Shown here: positions 38,194 to 48,886 of the stretch, piece by piece
How the letters are laid out: the number at the start of each line of letters is the position of its first letter
Numbering within the stretch: position 1 is the first letter of the stretch
Assembly: GCA_965213675.1 (NCBI GenBank)
Contig: OZ243916.1
Location: 1,568,001-1,632,000, forward strand
DNA: 64,000 nt
Source of the DNA: an uncultured Candidatus Binatia bacterium
GTDB lineage: Bacteria > Desulfobacterota > Binatia > UBA9968 > JAJDTQ01
Direction of reading: 5' to 3'
Notes under the pieces: generated by a model
The model's database searches: none
Told to the model about the DNA's origin: nothing
What the model saw: only the letters and a program-made list of their open reading frames with translations
Made by a program: the position numbers and the translations under genes

Positions 38194-40032
38194 ATGTACG
38201 TTCCCATTGAAGACTACGGCGTCATCGGCGACCTGCACACCGTCGCCCTGGTGGGGAACCACGGTTCCATCGACTGGTTCTGCTACCCGCGCTTCGATTC
38301 GCCCAGCGTCTTCGGCGCGGTGCTCGACCACACTCGGGGCGGACGCTTCGTCATCGGACCGGATGTGGCCAACGTCACTTGCCGGCAATTGTACCTGCCC
38401 GACACCAACATCCTGATCACGCGCTTCATGACCGAGGAAGGGGTCAGCGAAGTCATGGACTTCATGCCCCCGGGACCGGCGGACGAGAGCTACCACGGGC
38501 GCATCATCCGCATCGCCAAAGTGGTGCGCGGCGCCATGTCGCTCAAACTGGAGTGCGCCCCCGCCTTCGACTACGGGCGCGCCCGCCACACCGTGGAGGT
38601 GCGCGACAACCGGGCCGTGTTCCGTAGCGACCGCTTGGGCTGCATGCTGAACCTTTCCCAGCGCGGGCACCGGGACGTCGTGTCCATGCGCCCAGACGGC
38701 AACGGCGGCGTGGTGGCCAGCGGCACCCTGCGCGAGAACAGTGTGTTGGCCGCGGTATTCCAGGGCACGGACGACCACGGCATGGACGCCGACTGCCCGG
38801 ACGTGGACCACTGTCTCGAGTTGCTGGAAGACACCGAACGGTACTGGCACCGATGGCTGCGGCAGTCCCGCTACAGCGGGCGCTGGCGCGAGATGGTGGA
38901 CCGCTCCGCCCTGGTGCTGAAGCTCCTGTGCTACGAGCCCACCGGCGCCATCGTGGCCGCGCCCACCTGCAGCCTGCCGGAAAACATCGGCGGCGGGCGC
39001 AACTGGGACTATCGCTACACCTGGATCCGCGACGCCAGCTTCAGCCTCTACGGCCTCATGCGCCTGGGCTTCACCGACGAAGCGGCGCGGTTCATGGACT
39101 GGCTCAAGGAGCGCTGTGGCGACCTCAAGCCCGACGGTTCGCTGCAGATCATGTACGGCATCCGCGGCGAGAAAAACATCCCCGAGTCCACCCTCGATCA
39201 CTGGGAAGGCTACCGCCAGTCCGCCCCCGTACGCGTCGGCAACGCCGCCGCCGACCAGCTCCAGCTCGACATCTACGGCGAGATGATGGACTCGGTCTAC
39301 CTCTTCAACAAGTACGGCAGCCCCATCGACTCGGAGCTGTGGAACAACCTGTCGCGGCTGATGGAGTGGGTCTGCGACCACTGGGATCAGGCGGACGAGG
39401 GCATCTGGGAGGTGCGGGGTGGCCGCCAGCACTTCGTCTACTCCAAGCTCATGTGCTGGGTGGCCCTGGATCGGGGCGTGCGCTTGGCGGAGAAGCGCTC
39501 GTTTCCGGCCAACCGGGAGCGCTGGCTCCACAGCCGGGACGCCATCTACCACAGGATCATGGCCGAGGGATTCAACCGCGAACGGAACGCCTTCGTGCAG
39601 GCCTTCGGCAGCGACACCCTGGACGCCAGCAACCTGCTCATGCCGCTGGTGTTCTTCGTCTCCCCCACCGACCCCAAGATGCTGTCCACCCTCGATGCCA
39701 TCAACCGCCCGCCGCACCAGGCCGGGCTGGTGTCGGACAGCCTGGTGTACCGCTACGATGTGGCCCGCACGGACGACGGGGTCGCCGGGGAGGAAGGCAC
39801 CTTCAGCATGTGCACCTTCTGGCTGGTGGAGGCGTTGACGCGCGCCGGCCGGCTCGGCAACGCCCGCTTCATCTTTGAGAAAATGCTGAGCTACGCCAAT
39901 CACCTGGGGCTCTATTCCGAGGAGACCGGCCCGCGCGGCGAGGCCTTGGGTAACTTCCCTCAGGCCTTCACCCACCTGGGCCTCATCAGCGCGGCGTTCA
40001 ACCTCGACCGCAAGCTCGGGTCCAAGGACTGA
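38194..40032 (+). CDS. Glycoside hydrolase family 15 (trehalase/glucoamylase-like)
   Basis: [34 protein letters not shown] and [10 protein letters not shown]. Confidence 0.95.
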   Translation: MYVPIEDYGVIGDLHTVALVGNHGSIDWFCYPRFDSPSVFGAVLDHTRGGRFVIGPDVANVTCRQLYLPDTNILITRFMTEEGVSEVMDFMPPGPADESYHGRIIRIAKVVRGAMSLKLECAPAFDYGRARHTVEVRDNRAVFRSDRLGCMLNLSQRGHRDVVSMRPDGNGGVVASGTLRENSVLAAVFQGTDDHGMDADCPDVDHCLELLEDTERYWHRWLRQSRYSGRWREMVDRSALVLKLLCYEPTGAIVAAPTCSLPENIGGGRNWDYRYTWIRDASFSLYGLMRLGFTDEAARFMDWLKERCGDLKPDGSLQIMYGIRGEKNIPESTLDHWEGYRQSAPVRVGNAAADQLQLDIYGEMMDSVYLFNKYGSPIDSELWNNLSRLMEWVCDHWDQADEGIWEVRGGRQHFVYSKLMCWVALDRGVRLAEKRSFPANRERWLHSRDAIYHRIMAEGFNRERNAFVQAFGSDTLDASNLLMPLVFFVSPTDPKMLSTLDAINRPPHQAGLVSDSLVYRYDVARTDDGVAGEEGTFSMCTFWLVEALTRAGRLGNARFIFEKMLSYANHLGLYSEETGPRGEALGNFPQAFTHLGLISAAFNLDRKLGSKD

Positions 40033-40186
40033 GTTCCGATCCAGGGACTGACATCGGATCGACAAACACCGAGTGGGCTTGATGGGTTGCCAGCAACCCG
40101 AGTTTCGCGTAAACACCACGCGTTGATGACCGCCGGGGCCATGACTCGCACGGTCCCGAACCCCTTGCGAAGAACGGAGGAAACCC

Positions 40187-41296
40187 ATGTTCGCGAAATC
40201 CATGTGTGCAAGACTGCTCGTGGTATTGGCCGTGCTCGGCCTCGCCCTGCCCGCGTTGGCGGAAGAAAAAATCTCGCCCGCGCTCCAGAAGGTCATCGAC
40301 GCCGCCGGGAAGGAAGGCGAGTTGAAGATCCAGTGGACACCCGGGCGACTCGGTGGAGACGTGGGTCTGCGCAAGATGGTCGCCGCCTTGAACAAGCGCT
40401 ACGGGACCGATCTCAAGGTCCGGTTCACGCCCGGACCGAGTTTCCCGCGCATGACCGCCAAGCTGCTGCAGGAACACGCCGCCGGGCAACAGGCCAGCAG
40501 CGACATTCACCTGGGCACCTCGAACCACATCTCCCAGGGCACGGCCAAGGGCATGCTCAGGCTGTTGGACTGGGAGGGACTGCTGGAGCGGCCCAACCCC
40601 AAGGACGCCAACATCAGCCGGACCGCCCCCAAGGGCGCCGCGGTGGCCATTGCCTCGCGGGTGGTGGGCATCTCGTACAACTCGCGGCTGGTCAAGGAGG
40701 CTGACGTCCCCAAGAGCATGGAAGACGTCTTCAACCCGAAGTTCAAAGGCAAGATCGCGTCCACGCCCTACGCCACCGGGCTCTACCAGTTCGCCGCCGA
40801 CGACATGCTCGGGCGCGAGCGCATGACCGATTACACCAACCGGCTGGCCACGCAAATCGGCGGACTGATGAGCTGCAATGCGCAGGAGCGCATCGCCAGC
40901 GGCGAGTTCCTCATGCTGGTGTTCGACTGCGGCCACGACGACTCGCTGCGCATGACCCGCAAGGGGGCGCCGGTGAAGCAGACCACCGTCAAAGAGATCT
41001 CAAGGGTCAACGTCATGTACCTGGGCGTGCCCAAGCACTCGCAGCACCCCAACGCGGCCACCCTGTTCGCGGCCTTCATGAACACGGAAGAAGGCCAGAA
41101 GCTCCAGTGGGACCTGGCCGGCCATGACCTGCACATCTATCCCGAGGCCAACACGCGCAAGCCGGTCCAGGAGATCGTCAAGAGCGGCGGCCTGCTCTTC
41201 ATCGACACGGTGGAGCGCAACAACCGGCGCGATCCCAAGGAACTGCGGAAGATTCAGGCCGAGTTCCGCAAGATCCTCAAGGACGGCGGGAAGTAG
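40187..41296 (+). CDS. ABC transporter substrate-binding protein (Fe3+/thiamine/polyamine class)
   Basis: Signal peptide, YNSRLV...P, KFKGKI and HPNAA.LF..F....GQ. Confidence 0.88.
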   Translation: MFAKSMCARLLVVLAVLGLALPALAEEKISPALQKVIDAAGKEGELKIQWTPGRLGGDVGLRKMVAALNKRYGTDLKVRFTPGPSFPRMTAKLLQEHAAGQQASSDIHLGTSNHISQGTAKGMLRLLDWEGLLERPNPKDANISRTAPKGAAVAIASRVVGISYNSRLVKEADVPKSMEDVFNPKFKGKIASTPYATGLYQFAADDMLGRERMTDYTNRLATQIGGLMSCNAQERIASGEFLMLVFDCGHDDSLRMTRKGAPVKQTTVKEISRVNVMYLGVPKHSQHPNAATLFAAFMNTEEGQKLQWDLAGHDLHIYPEANTRKPVQEIVKSGGLLFIDTVERNNRRDPKELRKIQAEFRKILKDGGK

Positions 41297-41301
41297 TCCT
41301 C

Positions 41302-41386
41302 ACCCGGACGGCGAAACCCGGAGGACCAGCGGTTTCCCGGGTTTCGCCCCGGATGGTGTGAAAGTCCCGGAATGCGTCCGGGACAC
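41302..41386 (+). other. Strong intergenic stem-loops between the SBP and permease genes
   Basis: GGCGAAACCCGG...CCGGGTTTCGCC and GTCCCGGA/TCCGGGAC. Typical position for an SBP-mRNA stabilising hairpin. Confidence 0.6.
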
Positions 41387-41451
41387 TGCCCGCCGATGGA
41401 AATCGAGCCAGACCAACCATGAGGCGTCTCCACTGAGAAAGGCCCGAAGCC

Positions 41452-43161
41452 TTGCACCTGCCGCGTCTTAACGGTCAGGTTTCCCCTCTCCTGTTCATCG
41501 CGTTGCTGCCCATGGCGCTCGTGGCGATGTTCATCCTGGTGATCATCTGGGTGAGCGTTCAGAGCGGGACCCTGGGCACGGCCCACTCCGCCTATACCCT
41601 GGAGAACTACCGTGACGTGCTGGGAGACTCCGCCATCTATGGCGTGGTGTGGAACACCCTGTGGTTCGCGTTGTCCACGGTCTTCTTCGCATTGATCATC
41701 GGGTTGCCCATCGCTTGGCTGACCGAGCGCACCACCATCCCATGGAAGCCCGCCATCTACGTCATCATGACGCTGGGGCTTCTGATCCCCGGTATCTTCG
41801 TGGCCATGGGCTGGACCTTCATCGCCCATCCGCGCATCGGCTTCATCAACCGCTGGCTGGTGGACCTGCTGGAACTCGACAACGGCCCCGTGAACATCGC
41901 CACCCCCTTGGGCATGGGCTTCGTGCAGGGGCTCAACCTGGCGCCGCTGGCCTTCATCCTCACGACGCAGATGTTCCGCGCCATGAACCCCATGCTGGAG
42001 GAGGCCGCGCGCACCGCCGGCATGAGCGCCGCCGCTACCCTGCGCCGGGTGACGATTCCCCTGGCCGGACCCGCCATCCTGGCCGCGGTCATCTACATCT
42101 TCATCGTCGGCATCGCCACCTTCGACGTGCCCGCGGTCATCGGACTCGGCAACCGGGTCTACCTCTTCAGCACGTACCTGTTCACCATCACGTTTCCCGA
42201 GGACATGGAGCCGCGATACGGCATCACCGGTGCGGTGGGTGTGCTCATGATCGTGTTGGCGCTGGGGCTCACCGCGTGGTACGGCCGGGTGCTGCAACGC
42301 GGTAACCGCTACCAGGTCATCACCGGCAAGGGCTACCGCCCCAAGATGCTCGACCTGGGCCGGTGGAACTGGGCCGCGTGGGCGATGATCGGTGGCTACG
42401 CCGTCCTCTCCAAGGTCGTGCCCATCGGTCTGGTGGGTTTCATCTCGTTCGCGCCGTATGTCGCGCCGCCGTCGCTGGAAATGTGGGAGCAACTCTCGCT
42501 CCAGAACTTTTACAACGTCAACTGGGAACTCGTGTGGCGCGGCATGAAGCACACGCTGATCCTGATGTTCGTGGTGCCGATCCTGGTGCTGGTGTGCGCC
42601 TTCGCCATCTCATGGCTGGTGGTGCGCACGCGCAGCCGCGGGCGCTACGCGCTGGAGTTCGGCGCGTTCCTGCCCCACACGGTGCCCGAACTGCTCTTCG
42701 CCATCGGCGCGCTGCTGGTGGCGCTGTTCGTGTTGAGGGACTACGTGCCGCTGTACGGCAGCGTGTGGCTCATCGCCTTGGTCTATCTCGTGACGCGGCT
42801 GCCCTTCGCCACCCGCGCCCTGAACGGCGCGCTGCTGCAGATCCACAAGGAACTGGAAGAAGCCGCCTACGTGTCCGGGCTCACCATGCTGCGCGCCAAC
42901 CGGCGAGTGCTGCTGCCCCTCTTGCGTCCCACGCTCATGTCCGTGTGGATGTGGACCGCCCTGCTCGTCTATCGCGAGGTGACCGTGGCCGTGTTCCTCG
43001 CCACCGAGAGCAATATCACCCTCACCGCGGTGGTGTGGAGCTACTGGGCCGCCGCCGGCATGACCGAAGCCTCGGTGGTGACGACCCTGATGATCCTGTT
43101 CTTCTCGCCGCTGCTGCTGATGTTCTGGATCTTCGGCCGGCGCAGCGCCATGGAACAATGA
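41452..43161 (+). CDS. ABC permease, FbpB-type (two membrane domains)
   Basis: Two EAA motifs (LEEAARTAG, LEEAAYVSG) and many TM segments. TTG start uncertain. Confidence 0.92.
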   Translation: MHLPRLNGQVSPLLFIALLPMALVAMFILVIIWVSVQSGTLGTAHSAYTLENYRDVLGDSAIYGVVWNTLWFALSTVFFALIIGLPIAWLTERTTIPWKPAIYVIMTLGLLIPGIFVAMGWTFIAHPRIGFINRWLVDLLELDNGPVNIATPLGMGFVQGLNLAPLAFILTTQMFRAMNPMLEEAARTAGMSAAATLRRVTIPLAGPAILAAVIYIFIVGIATFDVPAVIGLGNRVYLFSTYLFTITFPEDMEPRYGITGAVGVLMIVLALGLTAWYGRVLQRGNRYQVITGKGYRPKMLDLGRWNWAAWAMIGGYAVLSKVVPIGLVGFISFAPYVAPPSLEMWEQLSLQNFYNVNWELVWRGMKHTLILMFVVPILVLVCAFAISWLVVRTRSRGRYALEFGAFLPHTVPELLFAIGALLVALFVLRDYVPLYGSVWLIALVYLVTRLPFATRALNGALLQIHKELEEAAYVSGLTMLRANRRVLLPLLRPTLMSVWMWTALLVYREVTVAVFLATESNITLTAVVWSYWAAAGMTEASVVTTLMILFFSPLLLMFWIFGRRSAMEQ

Positions 43162-43232
43162 CGCAAGGGCGTCCTTCGCTTCGCTGCGCGCAGGACGCCC
43201 TTGCAATCCCAACGACCGTTGGAGCCTCGTTC

Positions 43233-44306
43233 ATGATCCGCATTCGCAAGCTGGAAAAGATTTTCGACTCGTCCCGCGGCCCGGTGCGCGCCGTCGACGG
43301 CATCGACCTGGAGGTGGCCGAGGGAGAGTTCATGGTGCTGCTGGGGCCCAGCGGCTGCGGCAAGACCACCACCCTGCGCTGCGTGGCCGGACTGGAGCGG
43401 CCCGACGGCGGTTCCATCGAGATCGACGGCGAACTGGTGGACAGCGCCGGGGGCGGCGCCTACGTGCCGCCGGAGCGCCGCGACATCGGCATGGTGTTCC
43501 AGAGCTACGCCGTGTGGCCGCACCTGAACGTGTACCAGAACGTGGTGCTGCCGCTCACCGAGGGGCAGCGGCGCATTCCGCGCTCGGAGGTGCGGGAGCG
43601 GGCGCGGGAGGCGCTCCGGCTGGTGCGGCTGGACGGTCTGGAGGAGCGCCCGGTCACGGACCTGAGCGGCGGCCAGCAGCAGCGCGTGGCGCTGGCCCGG
43701 GCAGTGGTCACCCGGCCCAAGGTGCTGCTCATGGACGAGCCTCTGAGCAATCTGGACGCGCGCCTGCGCGACCAGATGCGCGACGAGTTGCGCCGCATCG
43801 CCGAGTCCGTCAACGTCACCTCTCTGTACGTCACCCACGATCAGGCCGAAGCCCTGAGCCTGGGCGACCGCGTGTGCGTCATGAACGCGGGCGAAATCCT
43901 GCAGCTCGCCACGCCCAAGCAGGTGTACTCCGAGCCTCCCAACATCTTCGTCGCCCGCTTCGTCGGGGAGATGAACTTCCTCCCGGCCAAGGTGGTGGAC
44001 GCCGGCCGGGTGGAGTCGGGCGTGGGCATTGTCGAATGCGCCGTGCCGCCGGCGTGCGCGCCGGGCGCCGCGGTCACCCTGGGCATCCGTCCCGAGCACA
44101 TTCGCATGGAAGTGGGTGAACCCGCCGGGACCATGCGCGGTCAGGTCTTGCGCCAGACCTATCTGGGCGACGCCCTTCACTGCCAAGTGCAGGTGGGCGA
44201 GGTGGAACTGACCGTCAAGGCCGTGGGCGACGCCGAGTACGCCCGCGGCGAGACCGTCGGCGTTTCCCTGGCTGGGAGGGGCTGGCACGTGTTCCCGGAG
44301 ACGTAG
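43233..44306 (+). CDS. ABC ATP-binding protein with TOBE domain
   Basis: GPSGCGKT, LSGGQQQR, MDEPLSNLD and VTHDQ. Confidence 0.95.
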   Translation: MIRIRKLEKIFDSSRGPVRAVDGIDLEVAEGEFMVLLGPSGCGKTTTLRCVAGLERPDGGSIEIDGELVDSAGGGAYVPPERRDIGMVFQSYAVWPHLNVYQNVVLPLTEGQRRIPRSEVRERAREALRLVRLDGLEERPVTDLSGGQQQRVALARAVVTRPKVLLMDEPLSNLDARLRDQMRDELRRIAESVNVTSLYVTHDQAEALSLGDRVCVMNAGEILQLATPKQVYSEPPNIFVARFVGEMNFLPAKVVDAGRVESGVGIVECAVPPACAPGAAVTLGIRPEHIRMEVGEPAGTMRGQVLRQTYLGDALHCQVQVGEVELTVKAVGDAEYARGETVGVSLAGRGWHVFPET

Positions 44307-44335
44307 AGGGAGCGCCGGAGGACAAAGGACACACC

Positions 44336-45271
44336 ATGGCTTTGATCATCAGTGCGGCACAGACTCGCGAACTCGTGGACATGACCGTCTGCATCCGCCT
44401 CCTCGACCGCATGTTCCGTGACCGTGCCGCGGGCAAGGTCCGCGCCGTCCCGCGCCGCAGGCTCCAGGGCACCTCCAAGCAACTCAACGTCATGGCCGCG
44501 TGGCACCAGGACACGGGACTCATGGCGCTGCGCAGCTACGTCGCCAAGGCCAACACCATCTCGCTCTATGACAGCGACGCCGGCGCCCTCAAGGCGATCA
44601 TGAGCGCGGCGTATCTCAGCAGCCTGCGCACCGGCGCGGCCACCGGAGTGGCGGCGAAGTACCTGGCCCCTCGGAAGCCCGGCGTCCTGGGTCTCATCGG
44701 CCCCGGGTGGCAGGGGACATTCCAGGTGGAGGCCGTGGTCAAGGCCTGCCGGCCCAAGCGGGTGCTGGTGTTCGGCCGCAACGCCAAGCGGCGCCAGGGT
44801 TTCATCGAGGCCATGCGCAAGGTGGTGAAGACGCCCTTCGGTGTGGCCGAATCCCTGGACGAGGTGGAGAGCGAGTCCGACGTCCTGGTGATCTCCACCA
44901 ATTCCACCACCCCCATCATCGACGGCAAGCGGCTCAAGGACAACGTCCTGGTGGCCACCATCGGCGCCAACCAGACGGTGAAGCACGAAGTCTCCGGCCG
45001 GCTCATCAGATCCATGGACCTGGTGGTCACCGACGACCTCGACACTGCCCGGAACGACAGCGGCGATCTCATCGCCGCCTGCGCCAGGCGGCAACTGCGC
45101 TGGCGCGACGTGGCGCCGCTGGAGAGCATCGTCGCCGGCGGCGTTCCGGGTGAGCCGCACAAGGTGCTGTTCCAGTCCAACGGCATACCCGACGAGGACC
45201 TGGCCGTAGGCGCCTACGTGCTACGCCAAGCGCTGCGGAAGAAGATGCGGTTGCAGGAAATCGACCTGTAG
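44336..45271 (+). CDS. Ornithine cyclodeaminase / mu-crystallin family protein
   Basis: LSSLRTGAATGVAAKYLA, IGPGWQG and FQSNG...EDL. Confidence 0.88.
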   Translation: MALIISAAQTRELVDMTVCIRLLDRMFRDRAAGKVRAVPRRRLQGTSKQLNVMAAWHQDTGLMALRSYVAKANTISLYDSDAGALKAIMSAAYLSSLRTGAATGVAAKYLAPRKPGVLGLIGPGWQGTFQVEAVVKACRPKRVLVFGRNAKRRQGFIEAMRKVVKTPFGVAESLDEVESESDVLVISTNSTTPIIDGKRLKDNVLVATIGANQTVKHEVSGRLIRSMDLVVTDDLDTARNDSGDLIAACARRQLRWRDVAPLESIVAGGVPGEPHKVLFQSNGIPDEDLAVGAYVLRQALRKKMRLQEIDL

Positions 45272-45335
45272 AGACGACTGGCGGTCGCCCTTGCCGTGGC
45301 ACCCGTCCCGAGGGCGAACCGCCGGTCGCCCACAC
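45268..45335. repeat. Pair of GTAG-type REP-like palindromes
   Basis: GTAGAGACGACTGGCGGTCGCCCTTGC and GAGGGCGAACCGCCGGTCGCCCACAC. Confidence 0.55.
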
Positions 45336-45488
45336 ACGGACATGGATACCCGACCCATCCACCGCTACGCGGCTCAGCGCTGTCGCAAGGGTCTGCGCAA
45401 TCCGTTGGGCGTATTCAGCCTTGAGTTCACCCCGCCACCTGTATCGCTTGTCACATCCGTGAACTCGGAACCCCCTTCGGCTTCTCGC

Positions 45489-45764
45489 TTCGTCGCCGTT
45501 CGACAGAAAGACGAACGGCACCCCGAGCTGTCTCGCGTAGTGCCGGCCCTGGTCCTGCGCCGCGACGGGATCGATGCTCGCGCGCTTGGCCTCAAGCACG
45601 GCCATCGGCCGGCCCTGCCGGTCGCAGAGGACGTAGTCGGCCTGCGTCCCGTCCGGCAACGCGTGTTCGAAAAAGACGTTTGAGGCGTCGGTGAGGTTCC
45701 AGCCGGCATCCTCGAGCAGGGCGTCGATCTTGACGCGCGCAAAGGCTTCGGTCGTACCGCTCAT
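45489..45764 (-). pseudogene. hsdR: Type I restriction enzyme HsdR, N-terminal fragment (about 92 aa)
   Basis: EAFARVKIDALL...GW, ADYVL...G.P.AVLEAK and Q...YA..LGVPFVFLSNGDE (HSDR_N). No helicase domain follows. Confidence 0.85.
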
Positions 45765-46183
45765 GCCACCGCCCAGGGATCAACGAGTTCGACTTCCGTA
45801 CCTTCGAAATCCCGTACGTTGCGCGTCACCAGGACAGCGCCACGGGAGCGGGATATGGCGGCAATCTGACAGTCTGCCTCGCCGATCGGCCGACCTGCGC
45901 GGCGACGGACAGATGCGATCTCCGCATAGGCTCGAGCCGCGGCGCTGTCGAACGGCAGAATCCGTTGCGTGAACCCGAGATCGAGCCACTCGCGCATGGC
46001 GGCTTCCAGTACCCTTCGCCGCTTGCCGGCCGGCATGATCGCGACGCCGTACAGCAGTTCCGCTTCGCTCACGGCCGTCAGATACATCGCCTCCACGTCC
46101 TGCCCAGCTATCCACGCCGCCACGGCAGGATTCGGCGCGGGGCGCATGAGTTCGGACGCGACATTGGTGTCAATGACAAACAT
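45761..46183 (-). CDS. vapC: VapC/FitB-type PIN toxin
   Basis: VIDTNV.SE, AEL.YG, D..IAAI and TRNVRDF. Confidence 0.93.
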   Translation of the reverse strand: MFVIDTNVASELMRPAPNPAVAAWIAGQDVEAMYLTAVSEAELLYGVAIMPAGKRRRVLEAAMREWLDLGFTQRILPFDSAAARAYAEIASVRRRAGRPIGEADCQIAAISRSRGAVLVTRNVRDFEGTEVELVDPWAVA

Positions 46184-46193
46184 CCCAAGCGTT

Positions 46194-46439
46194 TCAGGAG
46201 AAGTCTGGAGGCTCGCGCATGGGGCCGCGCGGAGGAAGTTCGAGCTCGACGCCGCCAAGGGGCGCGAAGCACTCCCGGGTAAACTTCGCCAGATCCCGGG
46301 GACCGGTCCGCCCGCCGTCCACCGCGTCACGCAGGATGACGCGCACCTCTTCCTCCATGGAACGGTGGTGCTCGGCCGCGCGCACGCGCAGGCGCGTCTT
46401 CACCTCGTGGTCGAGATTGCGGATCGTGATACTCGCCAT
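46194..46439 (-). CDS. FitA-like ribbon-helix-helix antitoxin
   Basis: MASITIRNLD..VK.RLRVRAAEH.RSMEEEVR.IL...GGVELELPPR. Confidence 0.92.
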   Translation of the reverse strand: MASITIRNLDHEVKTRLRVRAAEHHRSMEEEVRVILRDAVDGGRTGPRDLAKFTRECFAPLGGVELELPPRGPMREPPDFS

Positions 46440-46460
46440 GGTCATCTTCCCATGGTTGTG

Positions 46461-46489
46461 AATTTAAGCGGGGATTGCGATGCAATCAA
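46461..46489 (-). promoter_or_regulatory. Putative fitAB-like promoter with palindromic operator
   Basis: Minus strand TTGATT-N17-TAAATT, overlapping the palindrome GATTGC-GAT-GCAATC (46473-46487). Confidence 0.55.
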
Positions 46490-46652
46490 GATGCTGTGCA
46501 TGTGCCCTGCATCTCTCACGGTATAACCGCTCTGATTCGGCCCAGAGAGGCTGATCTGCCTCTAAGGTCCCTCTGCGCATTGTCGCGCATGTGCGTCGAG
46601 CAGGTGGAACTCAATAGTGTATCTACCCGGCCCCAACGTGCGCTTGTACGGG

Positions 46653-46689
46653 TTCGTGCAGGGGTGACCGCCGGTCGCCCCTGCACGAA
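46653..46689. repeat. GTAG-type REP-like hairpin / possible terminator
   Basis: TTCGTGCAGGGG-TGACCGCCGGTCG-CCCCTGCACGAA, just downstream of the amidohydrolase gene. Confidence 0.6.
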
Positions 46690-46711
46690 GAGGCGGCGAG
46701 GGGTGATCGAA

Positions 46712-47737
46712 TCAGCTCGCCACGCCGTACAGCCGCTTGGCGGAGTCGGCCAGCAACCACTTCTTGTCCTCGGGGGACAGGTCCTCGCGCCGGCCGAGGT
46801 GGTCGATGTTCTCCGGGAACTCCATGTCCCAGTGGGGATAGTCGGACGCATAGTAGAGCACGTCGGGGCTCAGCCACTTGCCCGTCTCGCCGATGAACGG
46901 CTCGTAGTCCTCGGCGTGGAAGTAGATGTTGCGGCTGCGCACGTACTCGCTGGGTCTCTTCTTGCACAGCGGCGCCTCCGCCGCGCCGCGCTTCTCCCAT
47001 TCCTCGTCCATGCGTCCGGCCCAGTAGGGCGCCCATGAGCAGCCCGCCTCCATGAAAGCCACCCGGAGATTCGGGAACCGGTCCATCACGCCGCGGAAGA
47101 TCATGCTGGTCATCTGCATCATCTGCGCGAACGCGTGGGACAGGGTGTGGACCTCGATGAACTGATCGAAACCGTCGGCGCCGAAGTACTGCGGCCCGCG
47201 CACGGTAGCGTGCACGCCCACCATGCAGTTGAGCTTCTCCGCCTCCTCGTAGATGGGCCAGTAGTCCTGGTGCCCCAGCGGCAGCCGCAGCCCCACGGCG
47301 GGCAGCATAAGCCCGGTGAGCTGCAACTCCTGGACCGCCCGGCGCAGTTCCTTCACCGCCTCGGGCACGTCCTGGAACGACACCAGCGCCACCCCTTTGA
47401 GCCTCGGGCTGACCTTCTGGAACTCCTCCGAGACGAAGTCGTTCCACGCCTTGCACAGCGCCACCGCCAGGTCCGGCTCGCGGATCCAGCCGATGCCGAG
47501 GCCGCCGGTGGGATAGAGGTACGCCGTGGTGAGGCCGCCCTCGTCCATGGCGTTCAGCCACGTCCTGGCGTCACACGCCGTCGTCCCCAGGGTCCCGCCG
47601 ATGGAACGGTCCCAGTTGTCGATGGGGTAGAGGGTCGAGGTCCGGTCCACCCACGGCGCCTCCATGTACTTCTTGAGTTGCGCGTCGGTCTCGGTGATGT
47701 GCCCGTCCGCATCGATGACTTCGATATCTCTGGCCAT
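46712..47737 (-). CDS. Amidohydrolase_2 family protein
   Basis: IDADGH, VGVH, MEAGCSW and ASDYPHWD. GAGGAGG RBS. Confidence 0.9.
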   Translation of the reverse strand: MARDIEVIDADGHITETDAQLKKYMEAPWVDRTSTLYPIDNWDRSIGGTLGTTACDARTWLNAMDEGGLTTAYLYPTGGLGIGWIREPDLAVALCKAWNDFVSEEFQKVSPRLKGVALVSFQDVPEAVKELRRAVQELQLTGLMLPAVGLRLPLGHQDYWPIYEEAEKLNCMVGVHATVRGPQYFGADGFDQFIEVHTLSHAFAQMMQMTSMIFRGVMDRFPNLRVAFMEAGCSWAPYWAGRMDEEWEKRGAAEAPLCKKRPSEYVRSRNIYFHAEDYEPFIGETGKWLSPDVLYYASDYPHWDMEFPENIDHLGRREDLSPEDKKWLLADSAKRLYGVAS

Positions 47738-48130
47738 GGCTTCCTCCTCGATCAGGTTGGTCGTCCATACGAACGCCGGCGGCACGGCAGGGCTGGATGT
47801 GGGATGGAGTGCGCTTACGCGCGAGGAGGCAGCCCCGTGGCGTGAGCGGCCGCGGTCAACGCCAGATCGACTCTAGGGCCATCCCCGGTGGGTTGTCAAG
47901 GTGAACGGTGGGTGCGTAGGGTGTGAGAACCACGCGCCGAAGGGCGTCCAGATCGCGCTTCCTGACCGCTCGAACCGCCGGGCGACAAAAGCTGTTTAGC
48001 CTTCGACATTTAGCCCGAGCGGCGCTTGAGCGGCAGCGGCCGCCGCACATGTTCCCGCAGTGCAGGGTCGAGCCGTGCACACGTTTCCGCTCTGCAGCGT
48101 CGCCGCCCGTCGCGACGGCACGGCGGGCGA

Positions 48131-48159
48131 TTGCGGCGTGTAACGTGGCGCGCTACAGT
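48131..48159 (+). promoter_or_regulatory. Putative higBA promoter/operator (probably leaderless)
   Basis: TTGCGG-N17-TACAGT, 5 nt before the ATG, with imperfect palindrome TGTAACG-N5-CGCTACA. Confidence 0.55.
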
Positions 48160-48164
48160 GAGTC

Positions 48165-48437
48165 ATGAGGATCAAGCACAAGGGACTACGGGCGCTGCAC
48201 GAACGCGACGACGCGGCGCGGCTTCCCGCTGGTCTCGTGCCACGGCTTCGGCGCATCCTGTTCCGGCTGCAAGAGGCGACGCATCCGGGCAGCGCCGACG
48301 CGCCGGGCTTCCGGCTGCATCCCCTGAAGGGCGACCGTGCGGGCCAGTGGAGCGTCCGGGTCTCGGGCAACTGGCGCGTGGTGTTCCGCTTCGAGGACGG
48401 CGAGACCGTGGACGTGGACCTGATCGACTACCACTGA
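48165..48437 (+). CDS. higB: HigB (RelE-like) toxin
   Basis: IKHKGL...PGFRLHPLKGDRAGQWSVRVSGNWRVVFRF...DVDLIDYH. Confidence 0.95.
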   Translation: MRIKHKGLRALHERDDAARLPAGLVPRLRRILFRLQEATHPGSADAPGFRLHPLKGDRAGQWSVRVSGNWRVVFRFEDGETVDVDLIDYH

Positions 48438-48456
48438 CCGAATGGGAGCACTGACC

Positions 48457-48771
48457 ATGAAGGACATTGGAAACGAGCGCGTCGGCCCGATGCTGAACCC
48501 GCCGCACCTGGGCGAACTCATCCGCGAGAGCATGGACGATGTGGGCTGGAACGTGACCGAGACGGCGGAGCGGCTTGGCTGCGAGCGCGGAACGCTGTCG
48601 CGGCTGCTGAACGGAAAGGCGGGAGTATCCGCGAACATGGCGTTGGCGCTGGAGGACATCGGCTGGGGCACCGCCGAGCACTGGATGCGGATGCAGGCGA
48701 GCTACGAGCTTGCACAGGCGCGCCGGGAGAGGACCACCGCCGAACGGCACACGGACGGGCCGCACGCATGA
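48457..48771 (+). CDS. higA: HigA HTH antitoxin
   Basis: MLNPPHLGELIRE...TETAERLG..R.TLSRLLNGK...AEHWMRMQASYEL. Confidence 0.93.
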   Translation: MKDIGNERVGPMLNPPHLGELIRESMDDVGWNVTETAERLGCERGTLSRLLNGKAGVSANMALALEDIGWGTAEHWMRMQASYELAQARRERTTAERHTDGPHA

Positions 48772-48886
48772 TGGGCCGGCGCGCCGGCGCGGACGGACGG
48801 GGTACTGTCCCGGCGGCTGTCCACCATGCGTTTGCGGCCAACGGCGGGCCATCCGATGCGCGGATCAGAGCGGGCGGTGCGGCCTG

